DNA of 64,000 nt, taken from assembly GCA_965222375.1 (NCBI GenBank), contig CBDCTZ010000015.1, positions 768,001 through 832,000 on the forward strand, given 5' to 3'. Numbering within the stretch: the stretch's first letter is position 1; each line of letters starts with the position of its first letter. The notes under the pieces were generated by a model. That model saw nothing but the letters and a program-made list of their open reading frames with translations. It was not told the origin of the DNA and ran no database searches. Origin of the DNA: Polyangiaceae bacterium. GTDB lineage: Bacteria > Myxococcota_A > Polyangia > Polyangiales > Polyangiaceae. This document shows, in pieces, positions 8,849 through 19,036 of this stretch. The position numbers and the translations under genes were made by a program.

Positions 8849-9433
8849 ATGCTGGCTGCCGTGACAAATACCGGCACCTCGGCGCAACTACTCGGCGTGG
8901 GCTCTGGCACAGCGACCGTCGTCTCGGACCGAGTTGCCCGGTTCGAGGCCCTATTTGGCGGTAACTGCGACTACGTGGCCGGCGCGCTGCGTCGCCTGGG
9001 CGTGGCGGAAAAGGACCTCGAGGACGTTGCCCACGACGTGTTTGTCGCCGTGTTCAAGAAGCTCGATGAGTACGACACCGAACGCCCCGCTCGCCCGTGG
9101 CTTTTCGGTTTCGCATTCCGTCAGGCTTCGGGTTACCGGCGCCTGGCGCGAAATAAGAACGAGTTGGTCGGGCTCGACGGCTCCCCCGACGCCACTACCG
9201 CCGGCGACCAATCGAGGATGGAAGCGCGCGATCTGTTGCTTCTCGCCCTGAACGAAGTCCCTATGGAGCGCCGCGCCGTGTTCGTGATGCACGAGATTGA
9301 GGGTCACGAAATGACGGAGGTCGCAGAAATCCTCAAAGTTCCGGTCAACACGGCTTACTCGAGGTTGCGGAAGTCAAGAACCGAGCTGAAGGAGGCCGTC
9401 GAGCGACTCCAACAGATGGGAGAGACACGATGA
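8849..9433 (+). CDS. ECF RNA polymerase sigma factor
   Basis: DLEDVAHDVFVAV...RPWLFGFA (region 2) and RRAVFVMHEIEG...EVAEILKVPVNTAYSRL (region 4); TTG at 8837 is an alternative start. Confidence 0.93.
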   Translation: MLAAVTNTGTSAQLLGVGSGTATVVSDRVARFEALFGGNCDYVAGALRRLGVAEKDLEDVAHDVFVAVFKKLDEYDTERPARPWLFGFAFRQASGYRRLARNKNELVGLDGSPDATTAGDQSRMEARDLLLLALNEVPMERRAVFVMHEIEGHEMTEVAEILKVPVNTAYSRLRKSRTELKEAVERLQQMGETR

Positions 9434-10224
9434 CGTCTTCGCGAGAGCCCTTGCCGCCCAGCCTCGCCTCGCTCGTTGACCATGAGCGCGCTCGGCCCGG
9501 ACTTTCCGAGGCAGTTCGAGACAGACTCCGTTCGCGGGTCATGACCAGTGTTGCGCCCTTCATTCCAGACCCCGGTGACGGTGGGGGGGACGCGCCGCCA
9601 AGCCCGCCGGCAGCCCCAGCAGGCGGAGCCGACGTGGTCGGCGGCGCTGCGGGCGGTGCTGCAACTACTGCGGGTGCCGGAAAGCTGGCCGTCGTTGCGC
9701 TTTCTTCGGCGCTGCTCGGAAGCGCCATCACCCTCGGCGTTCAAACCCAGTTGACGACTCCGCCAAGATCGCTGGAGGCGCGGGCGGTTCCGCGCGTGAC
9801 AGTCGTTGCACGGACTGGAAGTTCGGTGACCAACGCGGTTCGCGCGGAAGATCTCCCCCTCGAGCCGCCTTTAGTCACGTCCGTAGGGGGCAAAGCCGCA
9901 CGTCTCGCGAGCTCAGGCAGGGCGCCGCGGGTCGGGAGTGGGCTTGCCGCGGAGCGTTCCCTGCTTGGCACAGCTCGCACTGCGCTCACCCGAGGCAATG
10001 GCAGCGCCGCACTAGCGGCCTTGAATTCCCACGCGCGCCAATTCCCACGGGGTCAACTGCGAGAAGAGCGCGAAAGCCTGTGGATCCAGGCGCTGGCCCT
10101 TTCGGGCCAGGGGGACGAGGCCAACGCACGGGCGCGGTCGTTCAAGAAAACCTATCCGAACAGCCTGCTCGGGCCCGCGGTTGACGAAACCCTACGCAAA
10201 GCCTCGCCAAGGACCAAGAAATGA
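9430..10224 (+). CDS. Probable single-pass anti-sigma factor with C-terminal TPR-like domain
   Basis: ATGA overlap with the sigma gene; TM KLAVVALSSALLGSAITLGV; LAAERSLL...HARQFPRGQLREERE...F..YPNS helical repeat. Confidence 0.8.
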   Translation: MTSSREPLPPSLASLVDHERARPGLSEAVRDRLRSRVMTSVAPFIPDPGDGGGDAPPSPPAAPAGGADVVGGAAGGAATTAGAGKLAVVALSSALLGSAITLGVQTQLTTPPRSLEARAVPRVTVVARTGSSVTNAVRAEDLPLEPPLVTSVGGKAARLASSGRAPRVGSGLAAERSLLGTARTALTRGNGSAALAALNSHARQFPRGQLREERESLWIQALALSGQGDEANARARSFKKTYPNSLLGPAVDETLRKASPRTKK

Positions 10225-10324
10225 TCTTTTTTGGCGGCGCCGCAACAAACTAGCGAGTGCAAAGGCAATAGGTAGTGGGGCGCGAGGCAATCCGCGACTC
10301 GAACTTGCCTTCGGAGGATACCAA

Positions 10325-12094
10325 ATGAGGACGTCAATCCTTGGCGCTGCCTGCTCGCTTCTACTCATGACGGGCTGCTTCGACAGTCAGGACCTAGGCA
10401 GCCAGCCCGCATCGGGCGGCGGCCCAGGTTCAGGAGGCACGAGCGGCGCGGGCGCTGGGGGCAGTCCGAGCAGCGGCGGTGGTGCCGGTGACAAGCCAGA
10501 GTGCGGAAACGGCACTTTGGAAGTGGGGGAGCAGTGCGACGGCAAGGTACCGGCTGAAATCAGTTGCAGCAGCTTTGGTCACAAGAACGGCAACGTGACG
10601 TGCACGTCGAAATGCACCTTGGATACTAGCGCCTGCCACACTTGCGGCGACGGGACCGTCGAGGGTCCTGAGGACTGTGACGGAGGCTTGGACGGAAAGC
10701 GGTGTGACTCGATTGGCAAGAGCGGGGGCAAACTCACGTGCAAAAGCGATTGCAAATGGGAAAGCGGCGCATGTTACTCCTGTGGAGACGGCAAATGCGA
10801 CGGGCTGCTTGGCGAGAACTCGGACACATGCCTCGCTGACTGCCCTTGGAAGGCGCCCCGCGTTGTCGCCGGAGGTCGCTCTGTATGCGCCCTCAAACCC
10901 GATGGAACGGCCAAGTGCTGGGGTTCAAACGCGGGTGGACGTCTCGGCACGGGCACGGACACTGGGCCCGACGTATGCGCCGCTCCAGCGGGATTCGGAA
11001 AACACGCGAACTGCTCGCTAAAACCGGTCGACGTGACGGTAGTGCCAAACTTGGTGGACCTAGCCATGGGCGCCGTGGCATGCGGTGTTGACCCTGATGG
11101 GAACTTGTTCTGCTGGGGCCCCGGCGCCCTGCCTTTGCTCGGCAATGGCACGTTGGGTACAGACTTGGCGCAACCAACGGTGCCGAGCCTCACGTCCACC
11201 ACAACCGTCTCTGTGGGTGCGAGTTCAGCCTGTGCGATCGGCGCGGGCGAGCGCGTGAATTGTTGGGGGTCAAATACCGAGTTTCAGCTCGGCCTGGGCG
11301 GTATCACGGGGCCCATGGTCTGCAGCCAGGACGCAAAAGGAATCAGCAACTGGTGGTGTGCGGCCAAACCCTATCCCATCACGTTGACGGCAAAAGCGCG
11401 CGCGGTCACGACAGCACCTGCCCACCCCGCCGGTGGCGGCAACCAGCACGCATGCGCTGTGATGAAGGACGGCAACGCGTACTGTTGGGGACAGAACAAA
11501 TGGGGTCAACTAGGAGATGGGACCCAGAACGCGAATGCATGGCCTATCAAAGTACAAGCTGATACCCATTTCGTCACGATCGCTGCAGCGACGTATCACA
11601 CTTGCGCCACCGACACCGCCGGGGCTGTCTGGTGCTGGGGGAAAAACTCGTCCGGTGACCTCGGTCTCGGGCACGCCAAGGACGACGGAAACTGTTTCGG
11701 AAACTTCCAAAAGTGCTACACTAGGCCGCAACGCGTTCCCGGGATCGATGATGCGCGGATCGTGAGAACCGGACACAACACGACCTGCGTCATCCGAGGA
11801 GGAGATGGCGAACTCTGGTGTTGGGGACACAACGGGACCGGCATGCTCGGTTTGCCTACGAGTGGACCGGAGAATCCCGCTTCTGCCTCAGGCGGAGTCA
11901 GCACCAAACCGGTTCACGTCGCAAATCTAAAGCAGGTCTCTTCTGTGGCCCTCGACACTGGTGGCCAGATCTGTACCGCCCACGAAAATGGAAAGATCCA
12001 GTGCTGGGGCATGTCCCAGTGGGGTTCCATGGGAACGGGCAAGGAGTACGAACAGAGCCTGACCCCCCTGCAAGTGTTGCCTGCGGGTTGGTAG
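10325..12094 (+). CDS. Lipoprotein with Cys-rich repeats and RCC1-like beta-propeller
   Basis: GGAGGA RBS; lipobox MTGC; CGNGTLEVGEQCD repeats; seven CWG repeats. Confidence 0.9.
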   Translation: MRTSILGAACSLLLMTGCFDSQDLGSQPASGGGPGSGGTSGAGAGGSPSSGGGAGDKPECGNGTLEVGEQCDGKVPAEISCSSFGHKNGNVTCTSKCTLDTSACHTCGDGTVEGPEDCDGGLDGKRCDSIGKSGGKLTCKSDCKWESGACYSCGDGKCDGLLGENSDTCLADCPWKAPRVVAGGRSVCALKPDGTAKCWGSNAGGRLGTGTDTGPDVCAAPAGFGKHANCSLKPVDVTVVPNLVDLAMGAVACGVDPDGNLFCWGPGALPLLGNGTLGTDLAQPTVPSLTSTTTVSVGASSACAIGAGERVNCWGSNTEFQLGLGGITGPMVCSQDAKGISNWWCAAKPYPITLTAKARAVTTAPAHPAGGGNQHACAVMKDGNAYCWGQNKWGQLGDGTQNANAWPIKVQADTHFVTIAAATYHTCATDTAGAVWCWGKNSSGDLGLGHAKDDGNCFGNFQKCYTRPQRVPGIDDARIVRTGHNTTCVIRGGDGELWCWGHNGTGMLGLPTSGPENPASASGGVSTKPVHVANLKQVSSVALDTGGQICTAHENGKIQCWGMSQWGSMGTGKEYEQSLTPLQVLPAGW

Positions 12095-12568
12095 CCGCTG
12101 GCGCATGCCGGGATCGGCTTCAGGCGACCGGGTACTCCATCCGCAATAGCTTGCCGATGGTCGCCAGCTGCTTTTCGGCGTCTGGAGGCGTCCTCGCGGG
12201 CCGGATCGATGCGGCCACACACAGCGCGCGGTGCTTGTGAAAGACCGCAGTTCGTTCTTCTTTGGCGTCCCTCTATGCGCCTCTGGCTCGATCCCATTCA
12301 CGCCAGCTGCCGGCACACGCTGCTTGTTCGCCCCTCCTCAGAGTACGGGCTCAACCAGCCAGGGCTGGATCGGCCCTGGATTCTTCAGCACCAGCAGGTT
12401 GCGGATCCAGAGGTCGACCGCGGGACCCAAACCCAAAGTGCGGGGTGGTTTGGGAGTAAAGCGAAAGCACGATGCCGAGCACGAGGAGTGCGAGTCCGCC
12501 AACCGTGAGACCAGCTCCGAGCCAAGGCATGGAGCCCAACTTGATTTGGTTGCGCGCGGGATTAGGGG

Positions 12569-12895
12569 TTACCTCATCCAAATCATTGCGAGGAAGAGAA
12601 GGACGATCTGGAGCAACATTCCGTACAGCGCGCCCCGCTTGAGATCGGAGTTCCGGGAGAAAATGAGGACCAGGAGAAGCGCCAGGCACCCGGCGGAGAA
12701 GCCTAGGAGGATGCCGAGCATCAGGCCGTCTTCGGTGCTAGCAGGCGAGGCATCCAGCTGAGCTCGAGCGCGCGTCTCCGCCAACGTCATCTTGAAAGCA
12801 CACTCGTGACACATCGTGCCCTGACCCGTGTGTCGAATCGTGAGGTTGTCCATGGGGCCGTAACAGCGTGGACACGTGGTTGTCGCTGATTGCAT
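12569..12895 (-). CDS. Small Zn-ribbon plus two-TM membrane protein
   Basis: CPRC...CHEC followed by two hydrophobic helices; 33 nt downstream of the 12929 gene. Confidence 0.7.
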   Translation of the reverse strand: MQSATTTCPRCYGPMDNLTIRHTGQGTMCHECAFKMTLAETRARAQLDASPASTEDGLMLGILLGFSAGCLALLLVLIFSRNSDLKRGALYGMLLQIVLLFLAMIWMR

Positions 12896-12928
12896 GCCTG
12901 ATCCAACCCTGCGAGTATGGTCGTCGTC

Positions 12929-14578
12929 TCAACAACCTGCAACGCATTGGGCGCCCCCACTCGGTCCGATTCGAACCTCGTAGATCAGTCCACCACTGGG
13001 GAAGGGGAGGCACTTCTTCGGTAGTGTGCTGGACTGACTACAGATCTGCGAACCCTCGCGCCACACGGTCCCACGATCGCCACCGCCCCACTTGTCACTT
13101 GAACGAGTCAGGAACTTCGCGGACTTGCCCTGCCCCATCACGGTAGCCCAGGAGCCTCCTTTTCGGCCATTGCCAGGAGCGATCTTCGTGCTGCTGGTGC
13201 CGTACCAAGTGATGACCCCTCCGCTGGTGCGAACGATGCTGATCGTGTACCCGAGCTTTTGCCCGCCCAGCAGAGCCGTCACGCCGGGCAGCTTGGCCTT
13301 GGAAGGGGAAGATACGAAGGACTTGAGGGTGTTGCGTTGCTGCGTTGTGAGCCCGTAGGCATCCGCCGGAATGGACTTGCTGGTGAGGGACACTTTGCCT
13401 TGGCTGTTCAGTTTGTAGCCCACGGCCTCCACGATGGCACGCACTCCGCCCCAGAAACCGGGAGATGCGCCCGCAAGATTCACGTTCAGTTTTCGCGAGG
13501 GGTGCTCCAGCGCCATGGCCAGAAGGAGCCCCTGCGCACCACTTCCCGGAATGCTTCCTTTCGCGCCGCCGTGTCCGTTCACGTAGCAGCGAGTCCCGAC
13601 TATGGGAATGTTGTAGCCAACCCAGGACCCTTTCCAGCCCGTCTGGGTCCCGTGCTTGTTGTAGACGGTCCAGCTATTCGGAGGGGGCTGGAGCGCCGCG
13701 AGCGCCAGGTAGGCCCAGTAGCGCCTCAACCACGCCCGGGCTTTGTTCGCGAGATTTCCATGGCCCCTCTTCTTGGCGTGGGCCAAGGCCGCAATGGCGT
13801 CGCCTACGGTCAGGGCAGTGTAGGTAGAAGAGAATATCTCCCCTCCCAAGAAGTGCGGCGTCGTGGATGCCAGCTGAATGTCGAAGTATCCAGTGAGCCA
13901 TGCTGGGTCATGATCCCAGTAGTACTTTGCGGTTCGACAAGTCAGCGGGATGTTCTCTGACCCTCCGCCAGAAAACATGTTGGCTGGATTGCTGCTGCCT
14001 TTGAACTTGTTGATGGTGTCGAGGTCGGGCTTGTTTCCAGCCATCACCCACGCGAGTTGTTCGAAACACCGACAGTTGCCTTCCCAACTGCACTTCGTCA
14101 CGAATCCACCGCTTCCGCCAGAACCACTGCCGCCACCGGTCGCGCCACTTCCACCGGAGCCACCCGTCGCTCCACCCCCACCCGTCGCTCCGCTTCCGCC
14201 ACTGCCCTTTCCGCCGGTCCCCGAGCCCCCTGTCGCTCCGCTTCCGCCACTGCCTTTTCCACCGGTGCCAGCACCCCCACTGCTGCCGCCCTGACCACCA
14301 GATGCACCCCCGGCTGCGCCAACGCCCCCGGAGCCGAAACCGGCCTCACCCCCAAACCCGGCGGTGCCGCCGAATCCGGCGGCACCGCCCCCGGCAGCAC
14401 CTGAGGCACCAGCAGCTCCCCAGTACCCCGCCTGTCCGGCGAGGCCAGGATCGTTGTCCGCGGCGTCACCGATGTCACCTGAGCACGCGAGGGACGATGG
14501 CAGAGCCAGAACTGGCAGAAGCGCGAGGACGAAGCGCCGAAACCGAATCGAGGGGGTGTGGGAATATTGACGAGCCAT
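12929..14578 (-). CDS. Lipoprotein with long Gly linker and unrecognised basic C-terminal domain
   Basis: Lipobox SLAC, about 120-aa Gly/Ser linker, about 360-aa Lys/Trp-rich domain; start chosen from the signal peptide and sigma54 spacing. Confidence 0.85.
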   Translation of the reverse strand: MARQYSHTPSIRFRRFVLALLPVLALPSSLACSGDIGDAADNDPGLAGQAGYWGAAGASGAAGGGAAGFGGTAGFGGEAGFGSGGVGAAGGASGGQGGSSGGAGTGGKGSGGSGATGGSGTGGKGSGGSGATGGGGATGGSGGSGATGGGSGSGGSGGFVTKCSWEGNCRCFEQLAWVMAGNKPDLDTINKFKGSSNPANMFSGGGSENIPLTCRTAKYYWDHDPAWLTGYFDIQLASTTPHFLGGEIFSSTYTALTVGDAIAALAHAKKRGHGNLANKARAWLRRYWAYLALAALQPPPNSWTVYNKHGTQTGWKGSWVGYNIPIVGTRCYVNGHGGAKGSIPGSGAQGLLLAMALEHPSRKLNVNLAGASPGFWGGVRAIVEAVGYKLNSQGKVSLTSKSIPADAYGLTTQQRNTLKSFVSSPSKAKLPGVTALLGGQKLGYTISIVRTSGGVITWYGTSSTKIAPGNGRKGGSWATVMGQGKSAKFLTRSSDKWGGGDRGTVWREGSQICSQSSTLPKKCLPFPSGGLIYEVRIGPSGGAQCVAGC

Positions 14579-14590
14579 GGCCTTGCAAAG

Positions 14591-14606
14591 AGCAACGCGC
14601 GTTCCA
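14591..14606 (-). promoter_or_regulatory. Putative sigma54 promoter
   Basis: TGGAACGCGCGTTGCT; ATG at 14578 is 14 nt after the -12 C. Confidence 0.75.
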
Positions 14607-14936
14607 TCCGTCACCAACCGCATCGGCATGTGCAGCGAGGAGGTTTTTCGAGGCGGTTCCACTTGCCAGATGCTGCATGAATGCCGCAGCGCGCGGCCTC
14701 GGTGCCGCCCTCCGAAGCTCCACCTCGCTCATTTGTCTCTAAGAATACGCTTCGCAACCTTAGAAATTGGCCGAGGCCGGCGGGTGGTCTAGCGCCATGT
14801 TGGGCCCTCTGGCGGGGCGGGCGCTCCTGTACAAATGTGAGGCCGCGCCAGCGATGGTCCTGTGGGCGGCGCTGACCCCTCAGCAACGTCCGTTCGAGTA
14901 CCACTTCGCCCGGAACCCGATTACAGTTAGCCTGGG

Positions 14937-16625
14937 TTGAAGTCTGGATCCGCATCGAAGAGAGCGAGCGGCCCGAACCTGAAGGTCGGGCGCTACGTCA
15001 TTAGCAGGCGAATCGCATCGGGCGGCATGGCCGCTGTTCATCTGGGGCGCCTGTCGGGACCCGTGGGGTTCTCTCGCACGGTTGCCATCAAACGGCTGCA
15101 TCCGACGTTCGCTCAAAACCCCGAGTTCGTCGCGATGTTCCTGGACGAAGCGCGACTTGTTGCAAGGGTTCGTCACCCGAACGTGGTGCCAGTCCTGGAT
15201 GTCGTGGCGGAAAGCGACGAGCTGTTCTTGGTGATGGACTACGTTGAAGGTGACAACCTGGCGCGGCTGACCAAGGGGCAAGAGCCGGTACCACACGACG
15301 TCGTGTCTGGAATCTTGATCAACGTGCTGCACGGATTGCACGCGGCTCATGAGGCACGAGCGGTTGGGGGAGAACGCCTGGATATCGTCCACCGAGATGT
15401 TTCGCCTCAGAACATACTCGTCGACATCGACGGCATCGCTCGAGTAACCGACTTCGGGATCGCCAAGGCAACCGCGCGGCTATCCAATACACAAACCGGT
15501 GAGCTCAAGGGCAAGTTCCGCTACATGGCCCTCGAACAGATAACCGGCCGCAATGTGACTCACCAGACGGATATCTATTCGGCGGGTGCAGTTCTATGGG
15601 AGCTCTTGACGGGCCGACGCTTGATCGATGCCTCCGGTCCCTTCGAAGCCCGCGAGCGCATCATGGAACTCGACGCGGCGCCACCCAGCCGCTACCGGCC
15701 CGAAGTCCCGGTGGCGCTGGACAACGTCGTGCTACGCGCCTTGAACAAGCAGCCTGAGGCGCGTTTTTCAACCGCCTCGGAGATGGCAACCGCGCTCGAG
15801 GATGCGCTTCAGCCAGCGATGCCGAGCGCCATTGGAGCCTGGGTTCGAGGACAAGCCCACGAGGCTTTGACGTCGCGAAGTCAGGTGCTGCACGAGCTGG
15901 AGTCTACGACGGAAGATGCGAGTGACGACGTTCTTGCTGAGCGCGTGACCGAGCTCGCCTCCAGAGCGAGCTTTGCCTCTCTCTCGGATAGCGATCTCAA
16001 GAGTCTATCAGTCGGAGACGGCGAGGAGATGACCGCCACCCACGCCTCCCACATATCTCGCAAACATGTAGCGTCCAAGAGCGGTGCGGAAGACTCGACG
16101 ATCGCTCGCACGCTGGCACCTCACGCGGAATCGTTCGATGTCGTACGGCAGCCGCCCGCCGAAACGAACCCTTCGCCCGAATCGCTGGGTCAGCGGGCTA
16201 GTACCGTCAGGCTGTCGGCGCTCGCTCAACCCAAGGAAAGAAAGCTCGCTGCAGCGCGCTGGGGCGCGGCAGCTCTGGGCAGCCTGGTGGGTTTGGCCGC
16301 AAGCGTAGTCGTAATCGCTTGGCTCTGGAACGCCCGGCAGCACGAGGCCCCCAGGCAGACCGAAGTGGGTAGTTCGACCTCGTCGTCACCAGCACGCACT
16401 GGTGAGCAGGCTGCGCCGGATGTGGTTCCGACACAGGTGGATGACCTCGACACGCTTTCATCAAGCCCCCCAGAGATCACCACACCACCACCAGCAGCAA
16501 GCTCAGCGCCAGAAAAGACGGTGAGGCCACCACGCAGAACGATCCCGCGTCCCAAGCCCGCAACGCCGCCCAAGAAGACGGCTCCCAAAGCGGAGCCAGG
16601 GTTCGGGTCCTTTACGCGAAACTAG
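14937..16625 (+). CDS. Membrane Ser/Thr protein kinase
   Basis: IASGGMAAV, VAIKRL, HRDVSPQN, DFGIAK, GKFRYMALEQ; TM helix and Pro-rich tail. Confidence 0.96.
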   Translation: MKSGSASKRASGPNLKVGRYVISRRIASGGMAAVHLGRLSGPVGFSRTVAIKRLHPTFAQNPEFVAMFLDEARLVARVRHPNVVPVLDVVAESDELFLVMDYVEGDNLARLTKGQEPVPHDVVSGILINVLHGLHAAHEARAVGGERLDIVHRDVSPQNILVDIDGIARVTDFGIAKATARLSNTQTGELKGKFRYMALEQITGRNVTHQTDIYSAGAVLWELLTGRRLIDASGPFEARERIMELDAAPPSRYRPEVPVALDNVVLRALNKQPEARFSTASEMATALEDALQPAMPSAIGAWVRGQAHEALTSRSQVLHELESTTEDASDDVLAERVTELASRASFASLSDSDLKSLSVGDGEEMTATHASHISRKHVASKSGAEDSTIARTLAPHAESFDVVRQPPAETNPSPESLGQRASTVRLSALAQPKERKLAAARWGAAALGSLVGLAASVVVIAWLWNARQHEAPRQTEVGSSTSSSPARTGEQAAPDVVPTQVDDLDTLSSSPPEITTPPPAASSAPEKTVRPPRRTIPRPKPATPPKKTAPKAEPGFGSFTRN

Positions 16626-16789
16626 AAGCGTCCGACGGACCACCCCTCGCGCCTCGTGTTGTTGCACGCGCCGGGCGTGCTGCTGCATTGAAACCAACGG
16701 ATCCAGCCGAGGAGGCGATGGCCGGTCGAAATGGTATTCCGTGTCAAAAGGCCAGCAGACAATTCGCGCCTCTTGGCTGTGTCATCCAT

Positions 16790-16805
16790 TGGCATGCACG
16801 GTGCA
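16790..16805 (+). promoter_or_regulatory. Putative sigma54 promoter (leadered)
   Basis: TGGCATGCACGGTGCA; ATG at 16875 has an AAGGGAG RBS. Confidence 0.6.
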
Positions 16806-16874
16806 TGGAACCCACACCCGGTCACCCATCCAACTTCGTTGTGCCGTGATCGCCACCGCCCAAGGGAGCTAGCC

Positions 16875-17504
16875 ATGAGCCGTGCAGCCTATCCAGCCAA
16901 CTTGCTCTTCGCGATCCTGTTAGCAGCATGCGGCGGTGAATCCGATTCCGACTCGACCCCAAAGCTCTCGGGTGGCAGCGGTGGGCAGGCTGGTAGCGTC
17001 GCCGTTGGCGGCATGACTGCCACGGACGGCGCTACGCAAACCGGCGGAACCGGTGGCACTGCAGCCGCTGGTGGCTCCGGGCAAGTGGGCGGTGCTGGCG
17101 GGCACGCAGATTCCGGAACGATCGAGTACCGCGGCTGCGAGCTCGCCACGGGTGCCGTCCGATTCGCAGTTACCAAGACGAACGCTGCCGGTGGTGCTTG
17201 TACTATCCTGGTCTTCGTTTACCAAGGCGGCGCACCCGATCCGCTGGTGCAGCTGCCGGACCAGTGGACGCTGGAATCCGCCGTCACGACCAGCGACGTG
17301 ACCAACTGCAAGCCCGGCGGCGCGGCATCCAAGGTGAGCGCAAGCACGGCCAGCGGAACGGCAAGCTGGACGCCGAGCGGAAAGCCATCCGCTGTTCCCA
17401 AGACGATCGACTTGGACCTCGAGCTCGGATTCCCCCCGTCTGCAACCTGGCTATCCGGCAAGGACGTGCTGAAGGCAACGGGCGTCGTGATCAACAAGTG
17501 TTGA
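16875..17504 (+). CDS. Lipoprotein with Gly linker and small beta-rich domain
   Basis: Lipobox LAAC, GGSGG linker. Confidence 0.85.
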   Translation: MSRAAYPANLLFAILLAACGGESDSDSTPKLSGGSGGQAGSVAVGGMTATDGATQTGGTGGTAAAGGSGQVGGAGGHADSGTIEYRGCELATGAVRFAVTKTNAAGGACTILVFVYQGGAPDPLVQLPDQWTLESAVTTSDVTNCKPGGAASKVSASTASGTASWTPSGKPSAVPKTIDLDLELGFPPSATWLSGKDVLKATGVVINKC

Positions 17505-17532
17505 AGACAACGTCACCGGAGCCGTTGTCTTC
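17503..17532 (+). terminator. Stem-loop at the end of the 16875 gene
   Basis: gaagacaacg-N10-cgttgtcttc, perfect 10-bp stem but no U-tract. Confidence 0.35.
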
Positions 17533-17768
17533 CCATATCCAATGCGGTGAAACCGGATCTCTCGTGCTGCCAGTCAAAGAGACATCTATGGCCAGCGGAT
17601 GTGTCATCGGCTGGGTCGCGTCGGACTCTTGGCACATCGTCGGGTTTACTGCGCTCGCCGTCGCGCCGCGATGGCCCTCTTGGCAGGTGGTATGAGAAAG
17701 ACCACGGGGGCTGTGCCCGGATGATCCACCAAGCCGCTCCACTTTCCCAAGCCCGTGAGAGATGACCC

Positions 17769-18818
17769 GTGCAACGTACCAATTGTTGGTTCGCGCTCCT
17801 ACTCGTTCTCCTACCCGCGTGTGAAAACGGGAAAGTGACCGAGCGCGTCTCGACGTCGCCGCCGAGTCCAGCATCAAGCGCGGTCCTCCCTGTTGCAGGC
17901 GTTCCGAATCATACGATTCTGGTGGCTCAGGAGTACGCTGATCGCGTCGCCTTTGTGCAGACCTCCACACTGTCGACTGTGGCTACCGTGAGCACCGGGC
18001 CGAAACCACACACCATTGCGGTCGATACGCAGCGCAGACTTGCCTACGTGGCTTCCTATGGCGACGACACCGGGCAGCAGGCCGTAACGGTGGTCGATCT
18101 CGCTGCTCGCCGAGCCGCTGGCACAATGCCCGTCGACAGGTGTCGCCGCCCGCATGGGTTAGCTGTCGACCGCTTGGGAAAGGTCTGGGTGGGGTGTGAG
18201 AATAACGCGACCCTGGTGGTTGTTGATCCTATCGTTGGACGTGAGGTTCGCCGTGAGTCATCGGGTGGGGCTAGGACGCACATGGTCACCGCCATTAGGG
18301 GAGGAGACGTCATCCTCGCTTCGCACCTTCGCTCACCATATATTTCGATCTTCGATCCGAGTGCCTCTGGTGAGCAGGGACGAATCCCACTGCCGCATGG
18401 GTCGGAAATGATCGCCGAATCCCTAGACGGCACATTGTGGGTGACGAGTCCAGGTCATGGCACGGTCATCAAGCTCTCACCGACTGCAGCGCGATCGCCT
18501 GGGCAACGCTACCGCGTTGCCGGCAAGGAAGTCGTGGGAGACTCGCCAGTTCACCTGGCGGTGGGCCCCGACGGAGTCGTGATCCACGTCGCGGCAGACG
18601 GTGACTTGGCAGTCCTGTCGCCAGTATCCGGAAAGGTGCAACGAAAACTGTCATTCGACGTGATGGGGGGCGATATCGTTCACTTGGGTCGGAACACATA
18701 CGCCGTTACGGATTCACTGCAGAGTCGGCTGCTCGTCGTGGATCTGAAGCTTGGCAAGACACTGCAACAGGTCCGCCTGCAGGGCGGAGCCAATCACATT
18801 GCTTTGCTACCCCGTTAG
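17769..18818 (+). CDS. YncE/YVTN-type beta-propeller lipoprotein
   Basis: Lipobox LPAC; VSTGPKPHTIAVD, RPHGLAVD and VGDSPVHLAV repeats. Confidence 0.85.
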   Translation: MQRTNCWFALLLVLLPACENGKVTERVSTSPPSPASSAVLPVAGVPNHTILVAQEYADRVAFVQTSTLSTVATVSTGPKPHTIAVDTQRRLAYVASYGDDTGQQAVTVVDLAARRAAGTMPVDRCRRPHGLAVDRLGKVWVGCENNATLVVVDPIVGREVRRESSGGARTHMVTAIRGGDVILASHLRSPYISIFDPSASGEQGRIPLPHGSEMIAESLDGTLWVTSPGHGTVIKLSPTAARSPGQRYRVAGKEVVGDSPVHLAVGPDGVVIHVAADGDLAVLSPVSGKVQRKLSFDVMGGDIVHLGRNTYAVTDSLQSRLLVVDLKLGKTLQQVRLQGGANHIALLPR

Positions 18819-18848
18819 ACCTCCCAAGATCACGGCTGCTTTTGCCAG

Positions 18849-18955
18849 GCTACCGGCTCTTCGTTATCCAGGGCGCGGGGCAGCGATCGTCTCCCGACTC
18901 GCGGCAACCGAGGCGGTCGGCAACGGCGGTAGTGCAACGCTCGCGATAGGCCGAG
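18849..18955 (+). repeat. Direct repeat A, copy 1
   Basis: About 79% identical by hand alignment (22 differences in 107 nt) to 20222-20327. Confidence 0.8.
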
Positions 18956-19036
18956 CGCCGCATAGGTCGCCTTGGTACCATCAGCAAACGTTCGACGATC
19001 TCCTGCAACCGTTCTCGTCGTCGTCGTCGGGACTCT

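Noticed and set aside
33..12126. 17-bp match cgcctgaagccgatccc at 33-49 and, inverted, at 12110-12126
   Set aside because: A single 17-mer match in 64 kb of GC-rich DNA is plausible by chance; no transposase or further alignment.
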